NCBI GenBank assembly: GCA_038207335.1
Contig: JBBQZX010000010.1
Span: 1-64,000 of the forward strand
Reading direction: 5' to 3'
Origin: Chthoniobacterales bacterium
Lineage (GTDB): Bacteria; Verrucomicrobiota; Verrucomicrobiia; Chthoniobacterales; Chthoniobacteraceae
DNA length: 64,000 nucleotides
The position numbers and the translations under genes are program-made. Numbering within the stretch: the stretch's first letter is position 1; every line of letters starts with the position of its first letter. Shown piece after piece: positions 55,664 through 64,000 of the stretch. The notes below the pieces were generated by a model. That model was not told the origin of the DNA, did not search any database, and saw only the letters and a list, made by a program, of their open reading frames with translations.

Positions 55664-55981
55664 CTACCGATGCGCGCAACACGGCGCGCTCGTGTTCTCC
55701 TTTTTCTCCGGCAGTCCGAGGGAGGAAGATTCAGAGGGAGATGAAGAGAAAGATTTTCGCGGCACCGGATCGAATCCAAGCCCGCCCCACGGATGACACC
55801 GCCCGAGCCGCTTCAACCCGAGCCAACTTCCCCGGAGCGCGCCATGCACCTCCACTGCTTCGAGAAAATAGTGCGAGCAAGTCGGTTCGAATCGGCATCC
55901 CGAAGTAGGCCCGCCGAGAAACGAAAGCACGGGCGAAATGAGCAACTGATAACCGCGAATGAGGAGCCGGATGAGCAGCAT
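55664..55981 (-). CDS. yidD: Membrane protein insertion efficiency factor
   Basis: [23 protein letters not shown]...R..RCHPWGG.G.DPVP; TAATG coupling to rnpA. Confidence 0.95.
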   Translation of the reverse strand: MLLIRLLIRGYQLLISPVLSFLGGPTSGCRFEPTCSHYFLEAVEVHGALRGSWLGLKRLGRCHPWGGLGFDPVPRKSFSSSPSESSSLGLPEKKENTSAPCCAHR

Positions 55982-56343
55982 TAGGCGGCGACATTGAGCA
56001 GTCCGGCGCGCGCCGCCAAGCCGCGCCATTCCGCGCGAAGCTCCTCGAATTTCGCTCCCGCAGCGCGTTGCCGCGCGATCAGCACGAGCCACCGGTCCGC
56101 AGCCACTAGCCCGCGATCGGCACGGAAGATTTCGCGCAGTCTGCGCCGCACCCGATTCCGAACCACCGCCCCTCCGACGCGGCGCGACGTGATGATTCCG
56201 ATGCGCGTCGGCGCTGGCGTTTCCTCACGATGAAGGACGCTCAAAACCATGAACTTTCCATGGAAGGAAACGCCCTCGCGCTTGAGCTTTTGAAATTCCG
56301 ACGCGCGCGCAAGGCGGGCGGATTTGGGAAAGCGCAAACGCAC
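55981..56343 (-). CDS. rnpA: Ribonuclease P protein component
   Basis: FPKSARL....[26 protein letters not shown] (RNR motif). Confidence 0.95.
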   Translation of the reverse strand: MRLRFPKSARLARASEFQKLKREGVSFHGKFMVLSVLHREETPAPTRIGIITSRRVGGAVVRNRVRRRLREIFRADRGLVAADRWLVLIARQRAAGAKFEELRAEWRGLAARAGLLNVAA

Positions 56344-56437
56344 GGCGCGGCTTCGATTTTGAAACCGGAGGCTCGATGCAAAGGACCGCCACGGGCGGCT
56401 CGGCGCGTCGGAAGCGTCAGCGATCGGGAATCCGACT

Positions 56438-56611
56438 CTAGGCCTGCGTGTGCCGCTTGTAGTGAATCTCGACGCCCTTCGGCAAAAGCCGCTTGCGCCC
56501 CTGCGCGCGGCGGCGTGAAAGGATGGCCCGGCCATTCTTGGTTCTCATGCGCGCTCGGAAGCCGAACTGGCGTTTGCGTGTGCGTTTGGATGGCTGATAA
56601 GTGCGTTTCAT
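56438..56611 (-). CDS. rpmH: 50S ribosomal protein L34 (C-terminally extended)
   Basis: MKRTYQPS...RKR..GFRARM.T..GR.ILSRRR..GRKRL. Confidence 0.97.
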   Translation of the reverse strand: MKRTYQPSKRTRKRQFGFRARMRTKNGRAILSRRRAQGRKRLLPKGVEIHYKRHTQA

Positions 56612-56640
56612 AGGCCGTGTTTTTGGGAAAAAGAGGCGCA

Positions 56641-56668
56641 ATCTTAGCGGCCTGCCTCGCGGTGTCAA
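56641..56668 (-). promoter_or_regulatory. sigma70-type promoter TTGACA-N16-TAAGAT for rpmH operon
   Basis: Perfect -35 at 56668-56663; -10 at 56646-56641. Confidence 0.6.
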
Positions 56669-56691
56669 CACAGCGGACTGACTACTTTTTT

Positions 56692-56761
56692 AACCGCGGA
56701 TTACGGGGATGGCGCGGCTGGAGTGGAGTGAAAATCCGCGCTTTCCGCGCAATTCGCGGTG
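56692..56761. repeat. REP-like imperfect inverted repeat (20/26) with about 9-nt internal periodicity
   Basis: AACCGCGGATTACGGGGATGGCGCGG (56692-56717) pairs with CCGCGCTTTCCGCGCAATTCGCGGTG (56736-56761). Confidence 0.65.
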
Positions 56762-56777
56762 AAAGTTCTTCCTCGCG

Positions 56778-57848
56778 ATGACATCTTCCAACGGCGGTTT
56801 TCAATTCGATGTCGCGATCGTGGGCGGAGGTCCGGCGGGCGCGAGCTGCGCCGCCGCGTGTGCGCGTGGCGGCCTGAAAACCGTCGTCCTCGAGCGCTCG
56901 ATTTTCCCGCGCGAAAAAGTCTGCGGCGACACGCTGAATCCTGCGTGCTGGCCGATCTTGGAGCGCCTCGCTCTTTCCGAACACGTCATGCGCCTGCCGC
57001 ATTCGCGGCTCGCGGAGGTGGAGTTCATCGGCCTCGATGGCGCCTCGCTGCGCGTCCCGCTCGACGCGTCGGAGCGCGGTGAAATCTCCATCAAGCGAAG
57101 CATCTTGGACAATCTCCTGCTCGCGCGCGCAGCCGAACTCGGCGCGGAAATCCGGCACGATTGCGCAGTCACGCGCATTGAGCCGGGATGGAAAATTCAC
57201 GCCGGTGGCGAGCCCATCACCGCGCGGATTCTCGTCGCCGCAGACGGCCGGAATTCCACCGTCGCGCGCTTCCTGAATCTCCTGCCAGCCAGCGCCCGCG
57301 ACCGCATCGGCGTCCAGACGCACTTCCCCGCTCCCGCCGATTTCGGCGACCGCGTCGTCATGCGTTTCCTGCCCAGCGGCTACTGCGGACTCGCCTCGGT
57401 CGGCGAAAATCAACTCAACCTCTGCCTCGTGGCGCGCCCGAAAAATCTCGACGCAATCAAGTCTTGGGCGCACGCGCAGTTCACCCTCCCGCCCGATCAG
57501 CCCTGGCACACCATCGCGCCCCTCGCCCGCGCCGCAGTCGCGCCGCGCCACGGTGACCTCCTTCTCGTCGGCGACGCCGCGCGCGTCGTCGAGCCCTTCA
57601 CCGGCGAGGGCATTTTCTACGCCCTCGCATCCGGTGAACTCGCCGCCCGCGCCATCCTCTCCCGCGACCTCGCAAGCTACACCGCCGTCCACCGCGCCCT
57701 CTACCGCGGACGCCTTTGGATCAACCACCTCACCCGCCTCGCCGCGACAAATCCTCGCATCTCCACCGCCATCTTGACCGTCGCAAAATTCGCTCCAAAA
57801 ACCCTCCGCCTCCTCACTCACAAAGTCACCGGAGCCGTCACGCGATGA
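56778..57848 (+). CDS. NAD(P)/FAD-dependent oxidoreductase (geranylgeranyl reductase-like)
   Basis: DVAIVGGGPAG, FPREKVCGD, R..LD..L, VAADGRNS, LVGDAA..VEPFTGEGI..A..SG. Confidence 0.9.
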   Translation: MTSSNGGFQFDVAIVGGGPAGASCAAACARGGLKTVVLERSIFPREKVCGDTLNPACWPILERLALSEHVMRLPHSRLAEVEFIGLDGASLRVPLDASERGEISIKRSILDNLLLARAAELGAEIRHDCAVTRIEPGWKIHAGGEPITARILVAADGRNSTVARFLNLLPASARDRIGVQTHFPAPADFGDRVVMRFLPSGYCGLASVGENQLNLCLVARPKNLDAIKSWAHAQFTLPPDQPWHTIAPLARAAVAPRHGDLLLVGDAARVVEPFTGEGIFYALASGELAARAILSRDLASYTAVHRALYRGRLWINHLTRLAATNPRISTAILTVAKFAPKTLRLLTHKVTGAVTR

Positions 57849-57907
57849 GCGCAGCACCTCATCAAAAAACTGTCCATCCCGCGCGTAGTATCGAAAATCC
57901 GCACCCC

Positions 57908-58705
57908 ATGCCGAATCGCATCGATCAGAAATTCGCCGACCTCCGCGCCGCCGGGCGCACCGCCCTCATCGCCTACATCTCCGCCGGCGATCCGAGCCTC
58001 GATGCCACTTGCGCGCTCGCCCTCGCGTTTGAAACCGCCGGTGTCGATCTGCTCGAACTCGGCGTCCCATTCTCCGACCCGCTCGCCGACGGCATTGTAA
58101 ACCAAATGGCCGCCGCCCGCGCGCTGGAGGCCGGCGCGACAGTCCCCGGCGTGCTCGACTGCGTGCGCGAAATCCGCCTCGCCTCGCAGCTTCCCATCGT
58201 CCTCTACACCTACATGAATCCCATCTATCGATACGGATTCGAGCGCTTCCACCGCGATGCCGAAGCCGCCGGAGTCGATGGCCTGCTCATCCTCGATCTC
58301 CCGCCGGATGAGGACGCACAAAACTCCGAACTCTCACAACAAACCGGTCTCAAGCGCATCCGCCTCATCGCCCCGACCACGCCGCCCGCGCGCATCGCGC
58401 AGCTCACCGCCGGCGCGAGCGGATTCATCTACTACGTCTCGCGCGAAGGTGTCACCGGCGAGCAATCCGCCGTCGCCACCTCACTCCCCGAGCGCGTCGC
58501 CGAGATTCGCAAAACCACCGACCTGCCCATCGCGGTCGGCTTTGGAATTTCCACGCCCGAGCACGTCCGCGAAGTCGCTCGCGACGCCGACGCCGTCGTC
58601 GTCGGCAGCGCGATCGTCAAGCGCATCGCCGAGCACGGCAAAAGCCCCGACCTCGTGGAAAAACTCGCCGCCTTCATCCGACCCCTCGCCGCTGCCACGC
58701 GGTGA
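57908..58705 (+). CDS. trpA: Tryptophan synthase alpha subunit
   Basis: YISAGDP, LELGVPFSDPLADG, YTYMNP, DLPPDE, LIAPTT, YYVSREGVTG, VGFGIS, VVVGSAIV. Confidence 0.97.
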   Translation: MPNRIDQKFADLRAAGRTALIAYISAGDPSLDATCALALAFETAGVDLLELGVPFSDPLADGIVNQMAAARALEAGATVPGVLDCVREIRLASQLPIVLYTYMNPIYRYGFERFHRDAEAAGVDGLLILDLPPDEDAQNSELSQQTGLKRIRLIAPTTPPARIAQLTAGASGFIYYVSREGVTGEQSAVATSLPERVAEIRKTTDLPIAVGFGISTPEHVREVARDADAVVVGSAIVKRIAEHGKSPDLVEKLAAFIRPLAAATR

Positions 58706-58773
58706 ACTTGCGCCGGAGGGAAGCGCGCTGTCGCTTCCAAGTCTCGCCACCGACGACGCCAACGCGTGTGAAT

Positions 58774-59913
58774 TTACTCCGCCGCTTCCGCGCCGGACAC
58801 GAGTTCCCCGAGCCGCGTTTTTAGCGCGTCCACCCCTTCTCCGAGCCCGGCACTGATCGGGAAAATCTCGAGCCGTTTGTAGCGCTCACGGAAGTGCGCG
58901 AGCTTCTCCGCGGCCTCTGGCAAATCCATTTTGTTTGCCACCACGATCCACGGGCGCTCACTCAGTTTTTCATCGTGAAGATCGAGCTCTTTCCGAAGCT
59001 TTTGCAAATCCTCGATCGGCTCGCGGCCCTCGCTGCCGGCCATGTCGAGCACGAAAACGAGCAGCTTGCACCGCACGATGTGGCGCAGGAATTCGTGACC
59101 GAGTCCGACATTGGCGTGCGCTCCCTCCACCAGTCCGGGGATGTCCGCGACCGTCACGCGCTGGAAGCCCGTCAACTCGACGACCCCGATGTGCGGCGTT
59201 AGCGTCGTAAATGGATACGACGCCACCTTCGGATGCGCCGCCGAGATCGCGCCGAGCAGTGTCGATTTGCCTGCATTGGGATACCCCACGAGTCCCGCGT
59301 CCGCGATCTTTCGCAGCTCGAGATAAAACGTCCCCGCCTCCCCCTCGTCGCCGTCCGTGTATTGCGTCGGCACCTGATTCCGCGAGCTCTTGAAATGCAC
59401 ATTCCCGAGCCCGCCCTTGCCGCCTTTGCACAGCACGAATTCTTGCCCGACCTCCTTCATGTCCACTACGACTTCGAGCTGCGACGGATCGAGCCCCGCC
59501 TTTTTGCCCGCCCGCGGCTCCGGCGCCTCGTCTTCCGGCGATTTCGCAAAGTCGATGTAAGTCTGGTCCGTGCGATACGCGACGGAAGGCTCGAGCCCTT
59601 CCTCTTTCACCTCATCCGGCATCCGATAGACGATCGTGCCGACCGGCACCGGCACGATTTTATCCTCCGCCGATCTCCCGAAACACTGCTTGCCCTGCCC
59701 GTGATCGCCATTGCGCGCCTTCACGATCGGCTCGTAAAAAAACGGCGTCAGGCTGTCCGTGTGCGTGTCGGCGCGCAGGACGATGCTCCCACCGCGCCCC
59801 CCATCGCCGCCATCGGGGCCGCCGCGCGGGACAAATGACTCGCGGCGAAAACTGCACGAGCCGCGCCCGCCGTCGCCCGCCTTCGCCTGAATCTTAATGT
59901 GGTCAACGAACAT
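58774..59913 (-). CDS. obgE: GTPase Obg/CgtA
   Basis: MFVD, SFRRE.FVP.GGPDGGDGG, GLVGYPNAGKSTL, YPFTTL.P, DIPG, NKMD, ISA. Confidence 0.97.
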   Translation of the reverse strand: MFVDHIKIQAKAGDGGRGSCSFRRESFVPRGGPDGGDGGRGGSIVLRADTHTDSLTPFFYEPIVKARNGDHGQGKQCFGRSAEDKIVPVPVGTIVYRMPDEVKEEGLEPSVAYRTDQTYIDFAKSPEDEAPEPRAGKKAGLDPSQLEVVVDMKEVGQEFVLCKGGKGGLGNVHFKSSRNQVPTQYTDGDEGEAGTFYLELRKIADAGLVGYPNAGKSTLLGAISAAHPKVASYPFTTLTPHIGVVELTGFQRVTVADIPGLVEGAHANVGLGHEFLRHIVRCKLLVFVLDMAGSEGREPIEDLQKLRKELDLHDEKLSERPWIVVANKMDLPEAAEKLAHFRERYKRLEIFPISAGLGEGVDALKTRLGELVSGAEAAE

Positions 59914-59964
59914 GGGCCGCAGACTCTCGACTGTGCGCCCCGCCGCTGTCGAGACGCGTTCGCG

Positions 59965-61407
59965 CTACGCCGCGATCTTTTTGTACGGCTCGCCCTCGTT
60001 CAGCGTCGGGCGTTCCGGGCGGCCTTTGTATTTGAAAACGAGGCCCATGTTATCGAGTCCGAGCAGCCACAGGATCGTCGCGTGCAGATCGTGAATATGC
60101 AGCTTTTCCTCCACCGCCCGCAGCCCGAGATCGTCCGTCGCGCCGATCGTCTGCCCGCCCTTCACGCCGCCGCCGGCCATCCACATCGTGAAGCCGCCGG
60201 GATTGTGATCGCGCCCATCGCCTTTTTCGCTCATGGGCGTGCGCCCAAATTCCCCGCCCCACACGACCAGCGTTCCATCGAGCAAACCGCGCTCTTTCAA
60301 ATCCCGCAGCAGCGCCGCGACCGGTTGATCCATGCTCGCGCACAGCGCGCTGTGATTCTTTTCGATGTTCGCGTGCGAGTCCCATTTGCTGCCCGCGCCG
60401 TGATAAATCTGCACGAAACGCACGCCGCGCTCGACCATCCGCCGCGACAGCAGACACAGCCGCCCGAAATCCGCGCACTCATGCCGGTCGAGGCCATACG
60501 CACTTTTCGTCGCGTCACTTTCACCCGTGAGATCGACCGCCTCCGGCGCCTCCGCCTGCATCCGATACGCGAGTTCGTAACTCGTCAGCCGCGCCGCGAG
60601 TTCGGTCTGGTGCGGAAAACGCGCGGCATAGTCTCGATTGAGGCCATTGATAAAATCGAGCTTCGCGCGCTGCTGCGCCGGCGTCAGCGAATCGGGCGTG
60701 TTCAGATTCGGAATCGGCTCCGCGCCGCCCTGCAACCGCGTGCCCTGATACACCGCCGGCATGAACCCCGCGCTCCAGTTCCGCGGCCCATTTACGACGC
60801 TCGACTGATTGTCTTGCAGCACGACGAACGCGGGCAGATTCGTATTCGCCGTGCCGAGTCCGTAGCTCACCCAGGAGCCGAGCGAAGGCCGCCCGCCGAG
60901 GATCGATCCAGTATTCATTTGGCACACACCCGCGCTGTGATTGATCCCGTCCGACCAGCACGAGCGGATCACCGCGAGATCGTCCGCGCACTCCGCGATG
61001 TGAGGCAGCCAATCGCTCACCCACAGCCCGCTTTTGCCGTGCTGCTTCCACTGCCGCTTCGAGCCGAGAAGCGCCGATTTCGACTCGCCCATCGCGGTCA
61101 ATACTTCGCCATAACTCGCCGGCAACGGCTGCCCCGCAAGCTCGTTCAGCAAAGGCTTCGGATCGAAAAGATCGAGATGCGAAGGCCCGCCTTCCATGAA
61201 GAGAAAGATCACATTTTTCGCACGCGTCGGAAGCTGCGGCGGCTTGGCCGTGAGCGGCGAAGCAGGCGCGGAAAAACCCGCCGCGCTGCTCTCGCGCGCG
61301 AGCAAACTCTGCAGCGCAATCGCGCCGAGCCCGACGCCCGAGCGGTGCAGAAAATCACGCCGCGAGAGCGTCGGTTCGTATCGGTGACAGCGGGGGTCGA
61401 TGTTCAT
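59965..61407 (-). CDS. DUF1501 family protein (Tat signal)
   Basis: SRRDFL, AKNVIFLFMEGGPSHLDLFDPKP, RPSLGSWVSYGLG, RRMVERGVRFVQ, WDSH, GEFGRTP, GRDHNP. Confidence 0.93.
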   Translation of the reverse strand: MNIDPRCHRYEPTLSRRDFLHRSGVGLGAIALQSLLARESSAAGFSAPASPLTAKPPQLPTRAKNVIFLFMEGGPSHLDLFDPKPLLNELAGQPLPASYGEVLTAMGESKSALLGSKRQWKQHGKSGLWVSDWLPHIAECADDLAVIRSCWSDGINHSAGVCQMNTGSILGGRPSLGSWVSYGLGTANTNLPAFVVLQDNQSSVVNGPRNWSAGFMPAVYQGTRLQGGAEPIPNLNTPDSLTPAQQRAKLDFINGLNRDYAARFPHQTELAARLTSYELAYRMQAEAPEAVDLTGESDATKSAYGLDRHECADFGRLCLLSRRMVERGVRFVQIYHGAGSKWDSHANIEKNHSALCASMDQPVAALLRDLKERGLLDGTLVVWGGEFGRTPMSEKGDGRDHNPGGFTMWMAGGGVKGGQTIGATDDLGLRAVEEKLHIHDLHATILWLLGLDNMGLVFKYKGRPERPTLNEGEPYKKIAA

Positions 61408-64000
61408 TCGGTGTAGAGAAATTCGCTGGCATTCAGCAGCGCCTGGCAGAAGTCGCCGAGGGCGGCGGTCGCGGGATCATTTGACGGCGAGGCTTTGGCG
61501 GCGGGACGCTCGAGCCCGTGGCCGTGGCCGCTGGCGTCAGCGAGCACGTCGGGCTTTTGCTCGAAGCGCCAGTAGCCGAGCGTGGAATCCGCGACGCCCT
61601 CGGCGGTGTAGAGGAGTTGCGCGGGAGCCAGCGCTTTTGCGGAAAGTCGCACGTCGTCGATTGCGCCGTGGAATGACTGCGGATCGCGCGCCGACCTCGC
61701 GCCGAGCGTGAGCGGCGCGGTGTTCGCGAGGCCACCCGCGATGTCGTGCTCGACAGTCGCGATGAGCAGCGGTTCGTCGTCGTTCGCGAGGTCTTTCACC
61801 GCGAAAACCACGCGCCCCGGCTTGCCATCCGCCGCGGGTGTGAAAGCGGCTGAGACGAAATACGGTTTGTTCACCTGCATGTTCAGGTCGGAGAAAACGG
61901 GCCGCTCCCCGAAGCTCCCGTCGCTCCGTTTTCCGACGAGTTGCAGCGCGAGCGTGAGCGGCTTTCTGCGCGAGCGCTGGCCGGTGATCCCGAGGCTCCA
62001 GCCCGGCTCCGAGAGCGTGCCTTTCCACTTAGCCGCGATGGTCCGCAGGCTCGCCTGCTCCGACACCGAGCGCGGCGTGACGAATGCCTCCACCGTGAAC
62101 GCGCCGTCCAGCGGCAGCGCCTCGCTGTCCGTCACTCGGAACATCGCCTGCTCGCCGCCCGGCTCGATCAGCGCCGCCTGCCCATCGCGATACGGGATTT
62201 TATCCGGTATGAACGCCGCCTGCCCTGACTCGAGCTTTTTCGTGTCCGCCCCCGCCACATCGGCCGCGATGAATGCGGTCGCCGCGCGCACCTCCTCCGC
62301 GCTCGCCGCGCGCCCAAAAGCCAGCCGATACGCGGCCAGCACCTGCTCCGCCTTGTCCGTCGGCGCGAGCTTTTCCAACCGCCTCGCGAAGGCCTGTCCA
62401 CGCGCCCGCAGTGCCGCGCTATTCGAGAGTAACAGCGCCTGTACCGGCGTCGTCGTCGTGTCGCGCGATGCCGCACTCGTGAACCACTGCGGCGCATCGA
62501 AAACATCCGCGAGCGCGTCGCGCGTGTTGCGCATGAAGCGCGTGTAAATCGTCCGGCGCGGCAGATTGGGCAGCACGCCGGGGCCGCCCGCATCGGACTT
62601 CAGCTCCCCGCTCACCGCCAGCATCGCGTCGCGAATTTCCTCGGCATCGAGCCGCCGTGGCTGCGCCCGCCAGAGCAGGAGATTCTCCGGGTCTTTCAGC
62701 TTTCCCGCAGCCGGCGACGGATGCTCCCCGCGCCGATAGGCCGCGCTCGTCACGATGAGCCGGTGCAGCTTTTTCATGCTCCAGCCATCGCGCACAAATT
62801 CCCCCGCGAGACAGTCGAGCAACTCGGGATGCGACGGCTTCTCACCGAGCTTCCCGAAGTCGCTCGCATTCGCCGCGAGCCCGCGCCCGAAGTGCTGCTG
62901 CCAGGCGCGATTCACCATCACGCGCGCCGTCAGCGGATTCTTCGGATCCGTGATCCAGCGCGCCAGCGCCGAGCGCCGCCCCGTGCTCGCGGGCAGCGGC
63001 GCGATCGTCGCGGGCGCGGGATCTAGGATGGTCAAAAATCCGGGCTCGATCGCGCCGAGCGCCTGCTTTTTCGGGATGAAAACCGGCGCGGCTTTCGGCC
63101 CCACATCGCCCGCCGCGAATGCCACCGGCAGCGGCTCCGGCTTCTCGTTTTCAAATGCCGCAAGCTGCCGGCGCAGTGCGAGAATCCGCTCTTTGTCCGC
63201 CGCTGAAAACAGCCCGTCGCGTCGCGCCTGATCCGTCTCGATCTGCCGCCACGACAGCACCGCGAGCTGCGCCTCCAGCGGATCGCGCGCGGCCACCGGC
63301 TTGAAAATCATCGCCTGGATGTCATCGGGAAAACGCCCGATTGCCGTCTTCTCCGCCTTGTCGAAATACGGCTGCTCCAGCGTCGCAAGTTCGGCGCGAA
63401 TCGACGCCGTCTTTTCCTCCCACGGCTTCATCCGTTCCGCATGGGCACTTGCTTCCGCGTCCGTCGCCGCCGTTTTATCCCCCGGCTGGATGCCCGCGAA
63501 AAACGCGCGCAGCCGGAAATAGTCCTTCTGTAAAAGCGGATCGAACTTGTGATCGTGACACCGCGCGCACTGGAGCCCCATCCCCATGAACACATCCGCC
63601 GTCGTGTCCGTGAGATCGTTCAAAATCGTGTCCCACTGCCCGCGCACATCCCGCGCATTCCACTCGTAAATCCCGTGCCGCAAATACCCCGTCGCGATGA
63701 GTGCCTCGGTGTCGCCGGGGAAAAGTTCATCCCCCGCGAGCTGCTCCTGCACGAAGCGATCGTACGGTTTGTCGTCGTTGAAAGCCCGGATCACGTAGTC
63801 ACGAAACCGCCACGCATCCGGGCGATAGTCATCCGCGCGATACCCGTCCCCATCCGCATATCGGACGAGGTCGAGCCACTGCCGCGCCATCCGTTCGCCG
63901 TATCGAGGGCTCGCGAGCAGCCGATCCACGAGCCGCTCGAAAGCGCCCGGCGCAGTGTCCGCGAGAAAAGCATCCACCTCCGCCGGCGTCGGCGGCAGCC
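61404..64000 (-). CDS. DUF1549/DUF1553 protein with inserted LamG-like domain (5' end outside window)
   Basis: LLASPRYGERMARQWLD..RYAD, QCARCHDHKFDP, NPLTARV.VNR.W, RRLDAEE.RD, FTVEAF...F.GAIDDVRLS. Confidence 0.92.
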   Translation of the reverse strand, partial: LPPTPAEVDAFLADTAPGAFERLVDRLLASPRYGERMARQWLDLVRYADGDGYRADDYRPDAWRFRDYVIRAFNDDKPYDRFVQEQLAGDELFPGDTEALIATGYLRHGIYEWNARDVRGQWDTILNDLTDTTADVFMGMGLQCARCHDHKFDPLLQKDYFRLRAFFAGIQPGDKTAATDAEASAHAERMKPWEEKTASIRAELATLEQPYFDKAEKTAIGRFPDDIQAMIFKPVAARDPLEAQLAVLSWRQIETDQARRDGLFSAADKERILALRRQLAAFENEKPEPLPVAFAAGDVGPKAAPVFIPKKQALGAIEPGFLTILDPAPATIAPLPASTGRRSALARWITDPKNPLTARVMVNRAWQQHFGRGLAANASDFGKLGEKPSHPELLDCLAGEFVRDGWSMKKLHRLIVTSAAYRRGEHPSPAAGKLKDPENLLLWRAQPRRLDAEEIRDAMLAVSGELKSDAGGPGVLPNLPRRTIYTRFMRNTRDALADVFDAPQWFTSAASRDTTTTPVQALLLSNSAALRARGQAFARRLEKLAPTDKAEQVLAAYRLAFGRAASAEEVRAATAFIAADVAGADTKKLESGQAAFIPDKIPYRDGQAALIEPGGEQAMFRVTDSEALPLDGAFTVEAFVTPRSVSEQASLRTIAAKWKGTLSEPGWSLGITGQRSRRKPLTLALQLVGKRSDGSFGERPVFSDLNMQVNKPYFVSAAFTPAADGKPGRVVFAVKDLANDDEPLLIATVEHDIAGGLANTAPLTLGARSARDPQSFHGAIDDVRLSAKALAPAQLLYTAEGVADSTLGYWRFEQKPDVLADASGHGHGLERPAAKASPSNDPATAALGDFCQALLNASEFLYTE

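Overview
High-GC bacterial DNA. The gene content (two DUF1549/DUF1553 + DUF1501 pairs, PEP-CTERM autotransporter-repeat protein, C-terminally extended L34) points to Verrucomicrobiota, probably Chthoniobacterales-like; this taxonomy is inference. Positions 1 to about 9980 are the right-hand end of an integrated prophage-like element: tail/structural-type genes, a protein with a Tad2/DUF2829-like N-terminal domain, three tandem glycosyltransferases, a holin-like gene, and a convergent integrase/excisionase/frameshifted-gene block. Five starts in this element are preceded by an unusual motif, TTGAC-N-N-CGCG-N4-CGGC-R in its best copies, with the hexamer only 12-13 nt from the start codon at four of them. 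The rest is host chromosome: mpl, queA, a 21-bp tandem array, a putative sigma54-driven coiled-coil + two-kinase operon, an SPFH/Zn-ribbon module, trpD, rhomboid, gcvTH, PafA-type phosphatase, a Fur-box-preceded porin/FMN-protein/ApbE/cytochrome-b-like operon, gatB, panC-nadB, smpB-rpoZ, rpmH-rnpA-yidD-yidC-jag, trpA and obgE. No rRNA, tRNA or CRISPR array was recognised. Family assignments come from motif recognition by eye; no database searches were run.
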